Assembly (NCBI GenBank): GCA_963807605.1
Contig: CAWECG010000001.1
Location: forward strand, 512,001-576,000
Direction: 5' to 3'
From: Candidatus Bathyarchaeota archaeon
GTDB lineage: Archaea > Thermoproteota > Bathyarchaeia > 40CM-2-53-6 > RBG-13-38-9
DNA: 64,000 nucleotides
Shown: positions 48,923 through 58,207 of the stretch, piece by piece
Numbering within the stretch: the stretch's first letter is position 1
Layout of the letters: each line of letters starts with the position of its first letter
Translations under genes and position numbers: made by a program
The notes under the pieces: generated by a model
Databases searched by the model: none
What the model saw: the letters and a program-made list of their open reading frames with translations, nothing else
What the model was told of the DNA's origin: nothing

Positions 48923-50311
48923 ATGGGAAGCCTAGACATTTTCTTCAAACCAAAGAGTGTTGCAGTAGTAGGAGCATCACCAAAACCTGAGAAACTAGGA
49001 TACATTGTCATTGAGAACCTTCTCAAGATGGGATACCCCGGCAAGATCTATCCGGTGAACCCAAATTACACTGAGATCCAAGGTTTCAGAGCTTATCCTA
49101 GCGTGAAAGCCATCCCCGGATCCGTGGACGTCGGCATTATCCTTGTTCCAGCCGAAGCCGTTGTCGAGGTTTTGAGGGAGACTGCTGAGAAAGGAGTAAA
49201 ACATGTGGTGATAAGCTCAGGGGGATTCAGTGAGGTTGATGAGCAAGGGGTCGAGAGACAGCGGGAGATTCTTGAGATCGCTAAGAAATCAGGGATGAGG
49301 ATTATTGGGCCGAACACGACGGGCATTGTGAGTATCCCAGATCGTTTCTCCACCACCTTTGTGAGGGGCTACATTAGACCAGGCCTAGTTGCCTATGTTG
49401 CCCAGACAGGCATATTCGCAGGTTTAACTTCCAGTTTGATATCTTCTCGAGAATACTTTGGAATCAGCAGAATCATAGGACTGGGGAATAAGGTAGATGT
49501 GGACGACTCCGAAGCTTTGGAGTATCTGGAGAATGATCCTGAGACTAGGGTCATACTCATGTATATTGAGGGATTGAAAGATAGCAGGCGATTCATGGAA
49601 GTCGCCAGAAGGGTCTCTCGGAAGAAGCCTATACTGGCATTGAAATCCGGGAGGACAACCGCAGGCGCGAAGGCTTCGCATTCTCACACTTCCTCGCTCG
49701 CAGCCAACGATGCAATTGTAGACGGGGCATTCAAGCAAGTTGGCATAATTCGCGTGAGTAATTATATGGATCTTGTGAACTACGCGAAAGCCTTTGTCTA
49801 TCAAAAACCGCCCCGTGGCAAACGTGTAGGAGTCATCACACCTTCCGGCGGACTGGGTGTCATGGCGGCTGATGTATGCCAGACAGTGGGCTTGGATTTG
49901 GCGAGTTTCTCGGATCAGACGCAGAATAATCTCAAAGAGGCAAGTCCCTCATATATTGAGATTGGGAATCCCTACGATATTTGGCCCTCAATCGTGAAGA
50001 TTGGTGCAGATGCCGCTTACAAGATTGGCTTGGAATCCATGTTCAGGGATCAGAATATTGACGCAATCCTCGCTGGGTTCGGGCCGGCAGAGGGCTTCGA
50101 GCTAGAGGATCCATCTTTCATCTCTGCTACGTCAAAGGAGAATCCGGACAAGCCAATCGTGACTTTTGCAACAGGCGATTGGGGTAAGGTCGAGAAAATC
50201 CGTGAGACTCTCGAGAAACAAAGCATTCCAGTGTATTATTCACCAGAGGAAGCAGCTCAAGCGTTAACTGTCATGCATAGGTATTCAAGAATAAGGTCGG
50301 GCTCCAAGTGA
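48923..50311 (+). CDS. ADP-forming acyl-CoA synthetase alpha subunit
   Basis: PKSVAVVGAS, GPNT.G, GNK.DVD, SHT.SLA phospho-His, NP.D. Confidence 0.88.
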   Translation: MGSLDIFFKPKSVAVVGASPKPEKLGYIVIENLLKMGYPGKIYPVNPNYTEIQGFRAYPSVKAIPGSVDVGIILVPAEAVVEVLRETAEKGVKHVVISSGGFSEVDEQGVERQREILEIAKKSGMRIIGPNTTGIVSIPDRFSTTFVRGYIRPGLVAYVAQTGIFAGLTSSLISSREYFGISRIIGLGNKVDVDDSEALEYLENDPETRVILMYIEGLKDSRRFMEVARRVSRKKPILALKSGRTTAGAKASHSHTSSLAANDAIVDGAFKQVGIIRVSNYMDLVNYAKAFVYQKPPRGKRVGVITPSGGLGVMAADVCQTVGLDLASFSDQTQNNLKEASPSYIEIGNPYDIWPSIVKIGADAAYKIGLESMFRDQNIDAILAGFGPAEGFELEDPSFISATSKENPDKPIVTFATGDWGKVEKIRETLEKQSIPVYYSPEEAAQALTVMHRYSRIRSGSK

Positions 50312-50585
50312 ACTATGCACACGCAGACCATGCAACATGCTTTGAAGTGTTGCGCGTGCGTTTAACCGTCAGATTATGTTATTGTGTGGATAGCGCGCGC
50401 TTTAGAGTATCAGAATTTGAACTATGATTTGTGTGCGTTCACAACCATAGCGACGACAACATACCCTGGTGCTAACATGCGCACTACTCATTGTCAACTC
50501 AATCAGGAAAAGCCCAAATCGATATTAGTTACTGACGTTGTAATAGTCGCTGCTAAGCCACTGGTACAGATAGTATGAACGACTT

Positions 50586-50691
50586 GGGCCGGTAGTTCAG
50601 CTTGGTATACATATTGGCCAATGAACGTCCGGTTCGCATGAACCTCTGAGAAACCGGAAGGTCGCGGGTTCAAATCCCGCCCGGTCCACCA
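50586..50691 (+). tRNA. tRNA-Ala(CGC) with two introns (D-loop ~15 nt; 37/38, 14 nt), encoded CCA
   Basis: Acceptor GGGCCGG/CCGGTCC with G3:U70, anticodon stem TCCGG/CCGGA with TT-CGC-A, T arm GCGGG-TTCAAAT-CCCGC. Confidence 0.9.
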
Positions 50692-50695
50692 CCAT

Positions 50696-50782
50696 GAATC
50701 CTAGGCTGTCGGAATATTCGAGTTTTACGCTTGGATGCGCCTCATGTCTAGGTTCTAATGTTTGAATGTTTAGGGTCTAAGG
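50696..50782 (+). repeat. ~90-bp imperfect inverted repeat, left copy (partner 54092-54186)
   Basis: Reverse complement shares TTAGACCCTA.ACAT, TTAGAACCTA and GAATATTCCGACA.CCT, the last two with identical 29-bp spacing. Confidence 0.7.
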
Positions 50783-50956
50783 ATACGAATCACGGCCGCT
50801 GTTTAGATTAGCGTGCCCTCTCTATCAGATTCTTTCTCTGACCAGCGTAAGTTTAAGACCCCAGTCCTTATTTGAGATTGTTTCAGAACCCAGTACGCGC
50901 GCGTCGTAGAAGAATCGGATTTTGCTCAAGTTGAATAGGCCTCTCGCCTTGGTTAG

Positions 50957-52177
50957 TTATCTGGCCATTGCTCTGTTGAAGATTGGCACAGCGATTGCCA
51001 TAGTGACCACTGAGTATGCTAGGAGCACCAGCAGATCAGGCATGATGATGTTCACACTCGCATTCAGTATGACTACTTTTTTGAGAGCATCCGCGGCGTA
51101 GTAGAGAGGGAAGGCTTTGCCGATGTATTGTACGGGTACAGGTAACTGGTTGATTGGGAACAGTATCCCGCTGAGAAACATCATTGGGAACTGAAGTAGC
51201 GTTGTCATCATCTGTGCTGTTTCCTGTTCAGGAGCGAGAGAGGTCATGATTATGCCGACGCCGATGAAGCTGGCTACACCAAGCACCATGACAAGAAGCA
51301 TGATAACAGGACTGCCGTAAATCACTACTCCGAACAATAACATTGATAACCCAAGTATTAGGAATCCTTGAATTAATCCCCGTGTTGTTTGCGCTGCAAT
51401 CTTCCCTATGATAACGGATTGTCTGGGAATGGGTGCGACAAGTAATCCGTCCATTGTTCCTTGTTCTTTTTCTCTAGAGATGGCGGAGCTGACTCCGTTT
51501 AATGCTCCTGTGATAACGGTTAACGCCATGAATGACGGAGCTAGATATTCGAAGGATGTTGGGACACCTGGGATTAATGGAATGTTCGTCATGCTGATCG
51601 GTTGAAGAGCGAATGTTGGGTTACCTTTTGGGTCTAAGTTTTGCTGAAGGTATTGTGTTGATATTTGGCTTTCGATTGCTCCGAGAATTTCTGCGACTTC
51701 ACTTTGAACGGCGGCGGCTACTGTTGGATTTGTTTGGTCAACTGTTATTTGTATTGTGGCCTGCGCGTCAGCCTGAATTGCAGCGCTGAATCCTTGGGGT
51801 ATGATCACTATTCCTGACAGGTGGCCTTTCACAATTCCGTTTCTGGCTGTTGAGTAATCGGTCATTTCATTTACTCTGAATATTCCTTGGGATTCAGCAA
51901 TGTGAATGAATTGAGCGCCAACATTACGCGCTATTTGTCCGCTATCCTGTTGAATCATGGCTAACTCCAAGTTTGGGTATGGTGACGGTATTTGGCCACT
52001 GTACGGATTTACTTGAACTGGGGGTGGGTAAATGAAACCGAACATTGTCATGAAAAGCAGGGGCATCATGATGAAGAAGACGAGAAGCATCTTTGCTCGC
52101 CATAAATCGAGCAGGTCGCGTTTAGCGATTTCAGTGGTAACTTTCCATCCGCTCACCTGCCTTGCTTTAGTTTGCAC
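50957..52177 (-). CDS. ABC-2 type exporter permease
   Basis: EKEQGT..LLVAP, FP.MFLSG..FP, PL.YA.DAL. Confidence 0.9.
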   Translation of the reverse strand: MQTKARQVSGWKVTTEIAKRDLLDLWRAKMLLVFFIMMPLLFMTMFGFIYPPPVQVNPYSGQIPSPYPNLELAMIQQDSGQIARNVGAQFIHIAESQGIFRVNEMTDYSTARNGIVKGHLSGIVIIPQGFSAAIQADAQATIQITVDQTNPTVAAAVQSEVAEILGAIESQISTQYLQQNLDPKGNPTFALQPISMTNIPLIPGVPTSFEYLAPSFMALTVITGALNGVSSAISREKEQGTMDGLLVAPIPRQSVIIGKIAAQTTRGLIQGFLILGLSMLLFGVVIYGSPVIMLLVMVLGVASFIGVGIIMTSLAPEQETAQMMTTLLQFPMMFLSGILFPINQLPVPVQYIGKAFPLYYAADALKKVVILNASVNIIMPDLLVLLAYSVVTMAIAVPIFNRAMAR

Positions 52178-52179
52178 GT

Positions 52180-52992
52180 TTACATTCTCCCTACAGCTTT
52201 CATACTAACGCGGTCTGAAGCTGAATCACGTAGCTCTCGGCCTGTAACAGTCAGGAAAACTTCAAGCATCGACTCTGTACCATACTCGTTCTTAAGACCC
52301 GCAACAGTCCCCGTTGCCATGATTTTTCCATGATCCATAATCGAAATGCAATCCGATAATTCGTCTGCTTCTTCCATTATGTGGGTAGTCAGAATGATCG
52401 TATGTCCCTTCTTCTTCAGGTCTAGTATTGTGTCCCTGACAAACTTCGTGCTTTGCGGGTCAAGCGCAGTGGTTGGCTCATCTAGAAAGATGATTTCAGG
52501 ATCGTGAATTAAGGCGCGGATCACATTCATTCTTTGTCTCATCCCGCTTGAGAAGCCACCTACGCTTCGGTCTTTGAAGGGCGTCAGCTTCACCATATCC
52601 AATAATTCCTCGACCTTCGACTTCAATTCTGCCTTATCTATTCCGTAGAGTTTGCCGAAGAAAATTAGGTTCTGTTCAGCCGTCAATCGTGTGTACATGA
52701 TTAGTTTCTCTGAGACTAGTCCGATTCGTTTTCGAACCTCATTGGCTTCACTATCAATGTTAAATCCTGCAACCCTCCCTGTGCCTGAAGTTGGCTTAAG
52801 TAACGTGCAAAGCATACGAATGGTAGTACTTTTTCCTGCGCCATTCGGCCCAAGAAACCCATAGATTGTCCCCCTTCGGACGGCAAGGTCGACGTGGTCG
52901 ACTGCTGTGAAGCTACCGAATTTCTTCGTCAGACCATGAGTCTCAATCGCATACTCGGATAGTGGAGCCAATTCGGTTCTCTGGGGAGTCAT
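52180..52992 (-). CDS. ABC exporter ATP-binding protein (DrrA-like)
   Basis: GPNGAGKST, FSSGMRQR, FLDEPT, TTH.MEEA. Confidence 0.93.
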   Translation of the reverse strand: MTPQRTELAPLSEYAIETHGLTKKFGSFTAVDHVDLAVRRGTIYGFLGPNGAGKSTTIRMLCTLLKPTSGTGRVAGFNIDSEANEVRKRIGLVSEKLIMYTRLTAEQNLIFFGKLYGIDKAELKSKVEELLDMVKLTPFKDRSVGGFSSGMRQRMNVIRALIHDPEIIFLDEPTTALDPQSTKFVRDTILDLKKKGHTIILTTHIMEEADELSDCISIMDHGKIMATGTVAGLKNEYGTESMLEVFLTVTGRELRDSASDRVSMKAVGRM

Positions 52993-53082
52993 TATGATGC
53001 CTCTGTCGATTGTTATTGTGTCTCCGAGTGCATTACGTTTAGCAGGGCTATCGTGTTATTCCTTATTCGTGCGGTTTGATAC

Positions 53083-53152
53083 ATCGATACGATACTATCT
53101 TATCGATAGTTGGTAATATTTAAATACGTCGCCTGATGTATCGATACGATAC
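53083..53152. promoter_or_regulatory. Divergent promoter with candidate PadR operators
   Basis: 13-bp direct repeat ATCGATACGATAC at 53083 and 53140 (palindrome GTATCGATAC) flanking TATTTAAATA. Confidence 0.55.
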
Positions 53153-53168
53153 AGGTGCGGCGATGCTC

Positions 53169-53564
53169 ATGGCGAAGGGATTCCAGACGGGCCCTTATGA
53201 GGTAATGTTCTTTCTGGCGTTGAAGGATGGACCCGCCTATGGGTATGAACTGGCCACACGATTCAAGAGGATGACTAGGGGCCACATTAAGGTTAGTTTC
53301 GGTACCATATACCCTTTCCTACGTCGCATGGAGCGGAGAGGAATAATCAAATCGAGTCGAAAGGAAAGGTCTGGCAGAGTATACTATGCACTAACTCCGA
53401 AAGGCCGAACGGCTCAAGAAAGGGTTTTGAAGCAAATCAAGAAGTCTCAAAAGGAATGGGAGGAGAAGTTGCTGGGTATTCTAGCAATGCATGCAGAAGT
53501 GTTTGGACGTAGAGCGCTTCACGACCTGTTGGAACGTGGAAAACTCTTGGCGAAAACGTCATGA
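53169..53564 (+). CDS. PadR-family transcriptional regulator
   Basis: GPAYGYEL, GTIYP.L.RME..G, Y.LT.KG. Confidence 0.9.
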   Translation: MAKGFQTGPYEVMFFLALKDGPAYGYELATRFKRMTRGHIKVSFGTIYPFLRRMERRGIIKSSRKERSGRVYYALTPKGRTAQERVLKQIKKSQKEWEEKLLGILAMHAEVFGRRALHDLLERGKLLAKTS

Positions 53565-53649
53565 TAGGATGTCTGGTGAAAGCATGAAACTGCGGGGCCC
53601 CTTGGAGGAGCAACGGGCACCCAATCGCCGGTCGGTCAGTTTTTTTGCA

Positions 53650-53990
53650 TCAGCAATGGGCCTTTTTCTGTTCTGTAGGTTCACTGATGAGTAATGGTTT
53701 CTTGTTCCATCTGATCACCCAATCGGCGAGTTGGAGTAGCAGTGCATGCAGCTCCCGGCCTTTCTTGGTGAGTGAGTACTCGACTCTTGGAGGAGTTTCA
53801 GGGTACACTCTTCTCTGAACTATTCCCCGTTGTTCCAGCTCCTTTAGCCGCTCCGTTAAGCTGGTGGCACTTATCGAGCCAAGCCTCTTCTTCAGCTCGT
53901 TGAATCTACACCAGAAATGATGAAGAAATTTCCACAGGATCTGCCGCCGATGATTTCCAAGATGGAGGAGATCATGGCAGGAGTGGAAAC
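53650..53990 (-). pseudogene. HxlR-family regulator with disrupted N-terminus
   Basis: RFNELK..IS..L.ERLKELE..G.V.R.VY...PPRVEYSLT; the ILEIIGGR segment is in another frame. Confidence 0.7.
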
Positions 53991-54091
53991 CTATGATCTC
54001 AAAACTTACCGAGTCAAAATAGAGGAGGATAGTATATTCGTGAAAGTTGAATAACAAGCACATCCTAATTTGGACATTTTTTATTCATAAT

Positions 54092-54186
54092 CTTAGACCC
54101 TAGACATCCTAAGATTCAAAACTTTAGAACCTAAGCGAATTGGCCTCCTGAATGTAAAGTCTGAATATTCCGACACCCTGTGAATC
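54092..54186 (-). repeat. ~90-bp imperfect inverted repeat, right copy (partner 50696-50782)
   Basis: See 50696-50782. Confidence 0.7.
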
Positions 54187-54476
54187 CCTACTTTGGGCTG
54201 TTTTTCAGCCTGTCCCCAACCTTCTTTCTGCTCTTTCTTAGCTGAAACTCTGCTTGGTTGACAGTTCAAAACTATAGTCTAAAGCTATCCTGGCCCACCA
54301 AAATTCTTGAAGTATGCCATATGCCCCTGCACCAAGTCCTGGTACAACGATGCCCATCATGACGCGCGCCAGCCCCGTCCGATCATGGAATTGGAAACGA
54401 TGTGTGGTCGTGCTAGCCAAGATTTGTATTGGCTATTCCTTTAATACGGTCGTCGCAAATTTCATCACGAGACAAG

Positions 54477-55367
54477 ATGAGATTAGAAGACATTAAGAGA
54501 GTGGGTGTGCTCGGATGCGGATTAATGGGGAGCGGCATTGCTCAAGTATGTGCGCAGAATGGATACTATGTGTACGTACGCGAATTGAGTTCTGACCTTT
54601 TAGCGCGTGGGCTAGGTTCGATTAAGGAATCAATCTACAAGCATATGGTGGAAAAAGGAAAAATTAGGAGCGAGCAGGCTGAGGCCATACTATCCAGAAT
54701 TAAAGGAACTGCCGATATGGCCGAAGCTGTTATGAATGTCGATATCGTCATAGAGACGACCCCGGAAGATTTGGAGACGAAGAAAGAAGTCTTTGCGGAG
54801 GTGGAGAAATTTTCGCCCCACCATACCATCTTCGCCTCAAATACCTCATCACTAATGATTACTGAGATCGCTTCAGCCATCAAGCGAAAAGAGAAACTCA
54901 TAGGTATGCACTGGTTCTATCCACCACAAGTCATGAAATTAGTGGAAGTAACCAGGGGTATGCTGACCTCTGACGAGACCTATAACATAATCAACGAGTT
55001 TTCAGTTAAGCTAGGAAAAGTTCCGGTTACTTCGAGAGACTCTCCAGGCTTCGTAGTCGTGAGGCTGCTGGCCGGATTTATGGCTGATGCCATACGATGC
55101 GCTGAGGCGGGAGTAATGAGCCTAGAAGATATCGATAAAGCCTGCAAGCTGGGACTTAACCATCCTATGGGACCATTCGAACTTATGGACTTTACAGGGC
55201 TAGATACATATTTGAGAATCTATGAGTATATCTACAAGAAAACAGGGGACCCAAGATTTCATCCACCATTGCTTCTGGAAAAAATGGTTGCCAGCGGACA
55301 TCTGGGAAGAAAAAGCGGCAGAGGCTTCTATCATTACGATTCAGAACGGCCCACCAACGAGAAATAA
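54477..55367 (+). CDS. 3-hydroxybutyryl-CoA dehydrogenase family protein
   Basis: GCGLMGSGIA, ASNTSS, GMH.F.P, PMGPFEL.D..GLD, G.LGRKSG.GFY. Confidence 0.92.
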   Translation: MRLEDIKRVGVLGCGLMGSGIAQVCAQNGYYVYVRELSSDLLARGLGSIKESIYKHMVEKGKIRSEQAEAILSRIKGTADMAEAVMNVDIVIETTPEDLETKKEVFAEVEKFSPHHTIFASNTSSLMITEIASAIKRKEKLIGMHWFYPPQVMKLVEVTRGMLTSDETYNIINEFSVKLGKVPVTSRDSPGFVVVRLLAGFMADAIRCAEAGVMSLEDIDKACKLGLNHPMGPFELMDFTGLDTYLRIYEYIYKKTGDPRFHPPLLLEKMVASGHLGRKSGRGFYHYDSERPTNEK

Positions 55368-55691
55368 ATGGCGCGCGCGTCTCGCTACAAGAGAATCAAG
55401 GTCACAAAGAAGATTCAAGAAATACGTGTCGGAATCGCTGAGCAGCAGCCCCCAGAAAGTGAAGCGGGCCCCCACATTTTTCGACATAATCATCCTTGTA
55501 GAGTCTTGTTTCGAGTTTTGGCGAGGATGAAATGTGGTCTTTGAAGAGTTCGAACAGGTTTGTGTACTTAGCTAACCGGTCCAAAATGCGCTGTTTGATG
55601 TTCTGGTTGTCCATGATTCTACTACTGCCTCCATTCAGCCATAGTTCACGTTCCGAAACTGGGTTAAAGTTTCACGATCAAATATGATATT

Positions 55692-56300
55692 ATGCGTGAT
55701 GGGATGGCCGTGAAACAAGAAACCGATGATGTCCGAAAATTCAACCGCAGATCAGCGACGTACGAGAATTCATTTGAACAGTGGCTCATCTTCGATCGAG
55801 TGCAAAGAGCGGTGCTGGGCTTGGTCGAAGGCGAAGCTAATCCAGAAAGTATCTTGGATGTCGGCTGCGGAACTGGGCGACTGCTACGCAAAGCTAGGGA
55901 GCGTTGGCCTAATGCGCGACTGATTGGTGTTGACCCTGCGGAAGGAATGATAGAGAAGGCTCGTCTCTTGACACCCAACGCCACCTTCTATGTGAGCATG
56001 GCAGAGTCTCTGCCTCTAGCCGATGCGTCAGTCAACCTAGTTTTTAGCACTTCCTCTTTTCACCACTGGCGAGACAACGTTCAGGGAGTGCGTGAAGTCA
56101 GGCGTGTTCTGCGTCCTGGGGGGCGCTTCTTCTTGGCGGATATTTGGCCACCCTTGGGATTGTCTAAGATCTACCGTCACTTCAGGCCTAATAACCCCGC
56201 CAGAGTGCGAGATGTTTTTGTTCAGACCGGCTTGAACATTCAAGCGCAACGAAAGTTAATGGGGCGATTCCTACTCGTTACAGCTGGGATACGACAGTAA
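55692..56300 (+). CDS. Class I SAM-dependent methyltransferase
   Basis: ILDVGCGTG, GVD...M, AE.LP, RVLRPGG. Confidence 0.9.
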   Translation: MRDGMAVKQETDDVRKFNRRSATYENSFEQWLIFDRVQRAVLGLVEGEANPESILDVGCGTGRLLRKARERWPNARLIGVDPAEGMIEKARLLTPNATFYVSMAESLPLADASVNLVFSTSSFHHWRDNVQGVREVRRVLRPGGRFFLADIWPPLGLSKIYRHFRPNNPARVRDVFVQTGLNIQAQRKLMGRFLLVTAGIRQ

Positions 56301-56323
56301 CTTAGCGGGGTATGCCGTATACC

Positions 56324-56361
56324 TAGCTGGTGAGCACACACAATCAATACCTAACGGTTCA
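56324..56361 (+). repeat. TGGTGAG-box repeat, beta arm (copy j)
   Basis: TAGCTGGTGAGCACACACAATCAATACCTAACGGTTCA. Confidence 0.85.
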
Positions 56362-56895
56362 GAGTATCCCTACGAGAGTCAGAATTCCCAGTACCATGAA
56401 TATGATAGCTGACACTCTTTTGACTTTGTCAATTGAAACTCGCCTGCTTAATTGGTTCGCTAAAACTATGCTCAACCCACTGACAAAGGCTAATGCCGAC
56501 AATGCGCCCAGAAATACAGCCAGTGGCTCCACAAAACGCGCGGCAAGGGCGATTGTCACAATTTGGGTTTTGTCGCCAAGCTCTGTCAATATTACCATTG
56601 CTGATGAAGCGAGAAAGGGGTTTTTCACATTGGGTTGTTTGAGACCTGTTCTAACATTCGCCTTGAGCATAATCAACCCAATGACTAGGAACATCAAACC
56701 AGACGCGAACTTTAGTATCGAAAATGGAATCATCGTTAGAAGCGCTTGTCCTATTAGAACCGCCGAGCCTTCCATAATAGTGAAACCAAGAATTATGCCT
56801 AGGAAGATCGAAAGGGGTTTCTTAGTGCTTGCGGCCAGCGTAATCATGCCGAGCTGGGTTTTGTCACCAAATTCAGCCATCGCGATAGACAGCAA
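56359..56895 (-). CDS. TMEM165/GDT1 (UPF0016) Ca/Mn transporter
   Basis: Two E(F/L)GDKTQ motifs; the frame stays open ~14 codons upstream. Confidence 0.92.
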   Translation of the reverse strand: MLSIAMAEFGDKTQLGMITLAASTKKPLSIFLGIILGFTIMEGSAVLIGQALLTMIPFSILKFASGLMFLVIGLIMLKANVRTGLKQPNVKNPFLASSAMVILTELGDKTQIVTIALAARFVEPLAVFLGALSALAFVSGLSIVLANQLSRRVSIDKVKRVSAIIFMVLGILTLVGIL

Positions 56896-56991
56896 AGATA
56901 TTACGAAAGCCTCAACTATTCGATCTAAGATTTTTATCTCCCAACCCTGGGGATTTCTGAAGTTGTTCTACTCCCTTAAGAATCTACACCC

Positions 56992-57020
56992 TGGCTGGTG
57001 AGCACACACAAAAAAAATAA
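56992..57020 (+). repeat. TGGTGAG-box repeat, truncated beta arm (copy k)
   Basis: TGGCTGGTGAGCACACACAAAAAAAA followed by TTAGCGCGCGCTAA. Confidence 0.75.
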
Positions 57021-57073
57021 CCTGCTTAGCGCGCGCTAATAATCTTATAAACGCAATGCAACCATAGCATATT

Positions 57074-57307
57074 TTGTGGATTAATTTGAACGAGATCTTT
57101 TCTATGGTAGCGCCTTTACTTCAGGCTTCTGCGTCATCTATGCTGAATTCTGCTTACAAGTGGTTGCTGACACTGAATCCAATCGTTCTGATAATTCTAG
57201 GCGTGATCGTATTCTTCGCGGGCAAGCTAGCGAAATGGGTTGGCGTCATAATGGTTATCGTAGGAATAATCTTCCTCGCCTTGCCCTACCTATTAAAACT
57301 CATTTAG
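57074..57307 (+). CDS. Small two-helix membrane protein
   Basis: Highly hydrophobic 77-aa ORF with a TATA-like TTATAAA upstream. Confidence 0.5.
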   Translation: MWINLNEIFSMVAPLLQASASSMLNSAYKWLLTLNPIVLIILGVIVFFAGKLAKWVGVIMVIVGIIFLALPYLLKLI

Positions 57308-57332
57308 GCCACAACGCGTGTGATTTCTGTTA

Positions 57333-57721
57333 TTACTCGAGGAGCCGCCAGACAAGTGCGGCGATGAGTCCTCCAATGATAGGGGCGACCCAGAATAACC
57401 AGAGCTGGCTCAAGGCGACACTCCCAACTACGACTGCTGGACCCAGGCTTCTAGCCGGATTCACAGACGTGCCCGTTACCGGAATCCCGACGAGGTGGAT
57501 GAGGACAAGACTCAGTCCAATGGAAATACCCGCGAAACCCTTGGGAGCTCTCTCCCCAGTCGATCCATAGATAACAAGCAAAAAGATGAATGTCAAAATG
57601 ACTTCCGTGGCGAATCCGGAAATCATAGAGAATCCGCCTGGCGAGGCCTGATCGTATCCGTTCTGACCTAACCCATTAACAGCGAGACTGTATCCGGGAT
57701 TTCCAACGGCAACGCCATAAA
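57333..57721 (-). pseudogene. aqpZ: C-terminal half of aquaporin Z-like channel
   Basis: LY.VA.G..G..NGY..SPGG.S...TEV..GTSVNPARS.GPA..WVAPIIGG; only the second NPA is present; starts at (GC)6 57722-57733. Confidence 0.88.
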
Positions 57722-57787
57722 GCGCGCGCGCGCTAACCTAATGGTACACAAAAAAATAAGAGAGGCCAGAAGCGTGCGCTAATTGTG

Positions 57788-57955
57788 CTAAGCTGGTTTG
57801 ATAGCGCTCTGTAACTTGGACATTAAGTCCGGGGAAAGGGCAGCCATTCCATGAGTCTTAGCGTGTTCCATCCCTTGTTTAAGTAGATCGTCTTTGGTCT
57901 CCGCATTCAACTCAGTGGTGCACCCTGATATTGGACACTTCAATTTGAAAGCCAC
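57788..57955 (-). CDS. DUF1059 small metal-binding protein
   Basis: LKCP..GC...AET.D.L....EHA..H.M. Confidence 0.7.
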   Translation of the reverse strand: MAFKLKCPISGCTTELNAETKDDLLKQGMEHAKTHGMAALSPDLMSKLQSAIKPA

Positions 57956-58207
57956 AGTAGTCACCTCGCTAATAATAACCACTTATGCAGCGTATATAGG
58001 ATGCCTCTAGTTGGCTGATACATGCTACGATTCGGGGTACGTCCAAAGGACTTCTGTTAGTTCTTCGCTCAACTGAGCCTCGTACGCCATCAGGTTTCTG
58101 AGGGCTTTGACTATTGAGATTCCCTTGAAGGGCGCGCGAATTTGAATTGCCGTTCTAGTGGACGCGTCAACTCTGCTTAGTCCGTACAAATATCCGATGG
58201 ACGTTGA

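Noticed and set aside
56330-57001. 223-aa plus-strand ORF, and other long antisense ORFs over mgtA, ppsA and the ATP synthase genes
   Set aside because: Shadow ORFs opposite well-supported genes, with no recognisable motifs.
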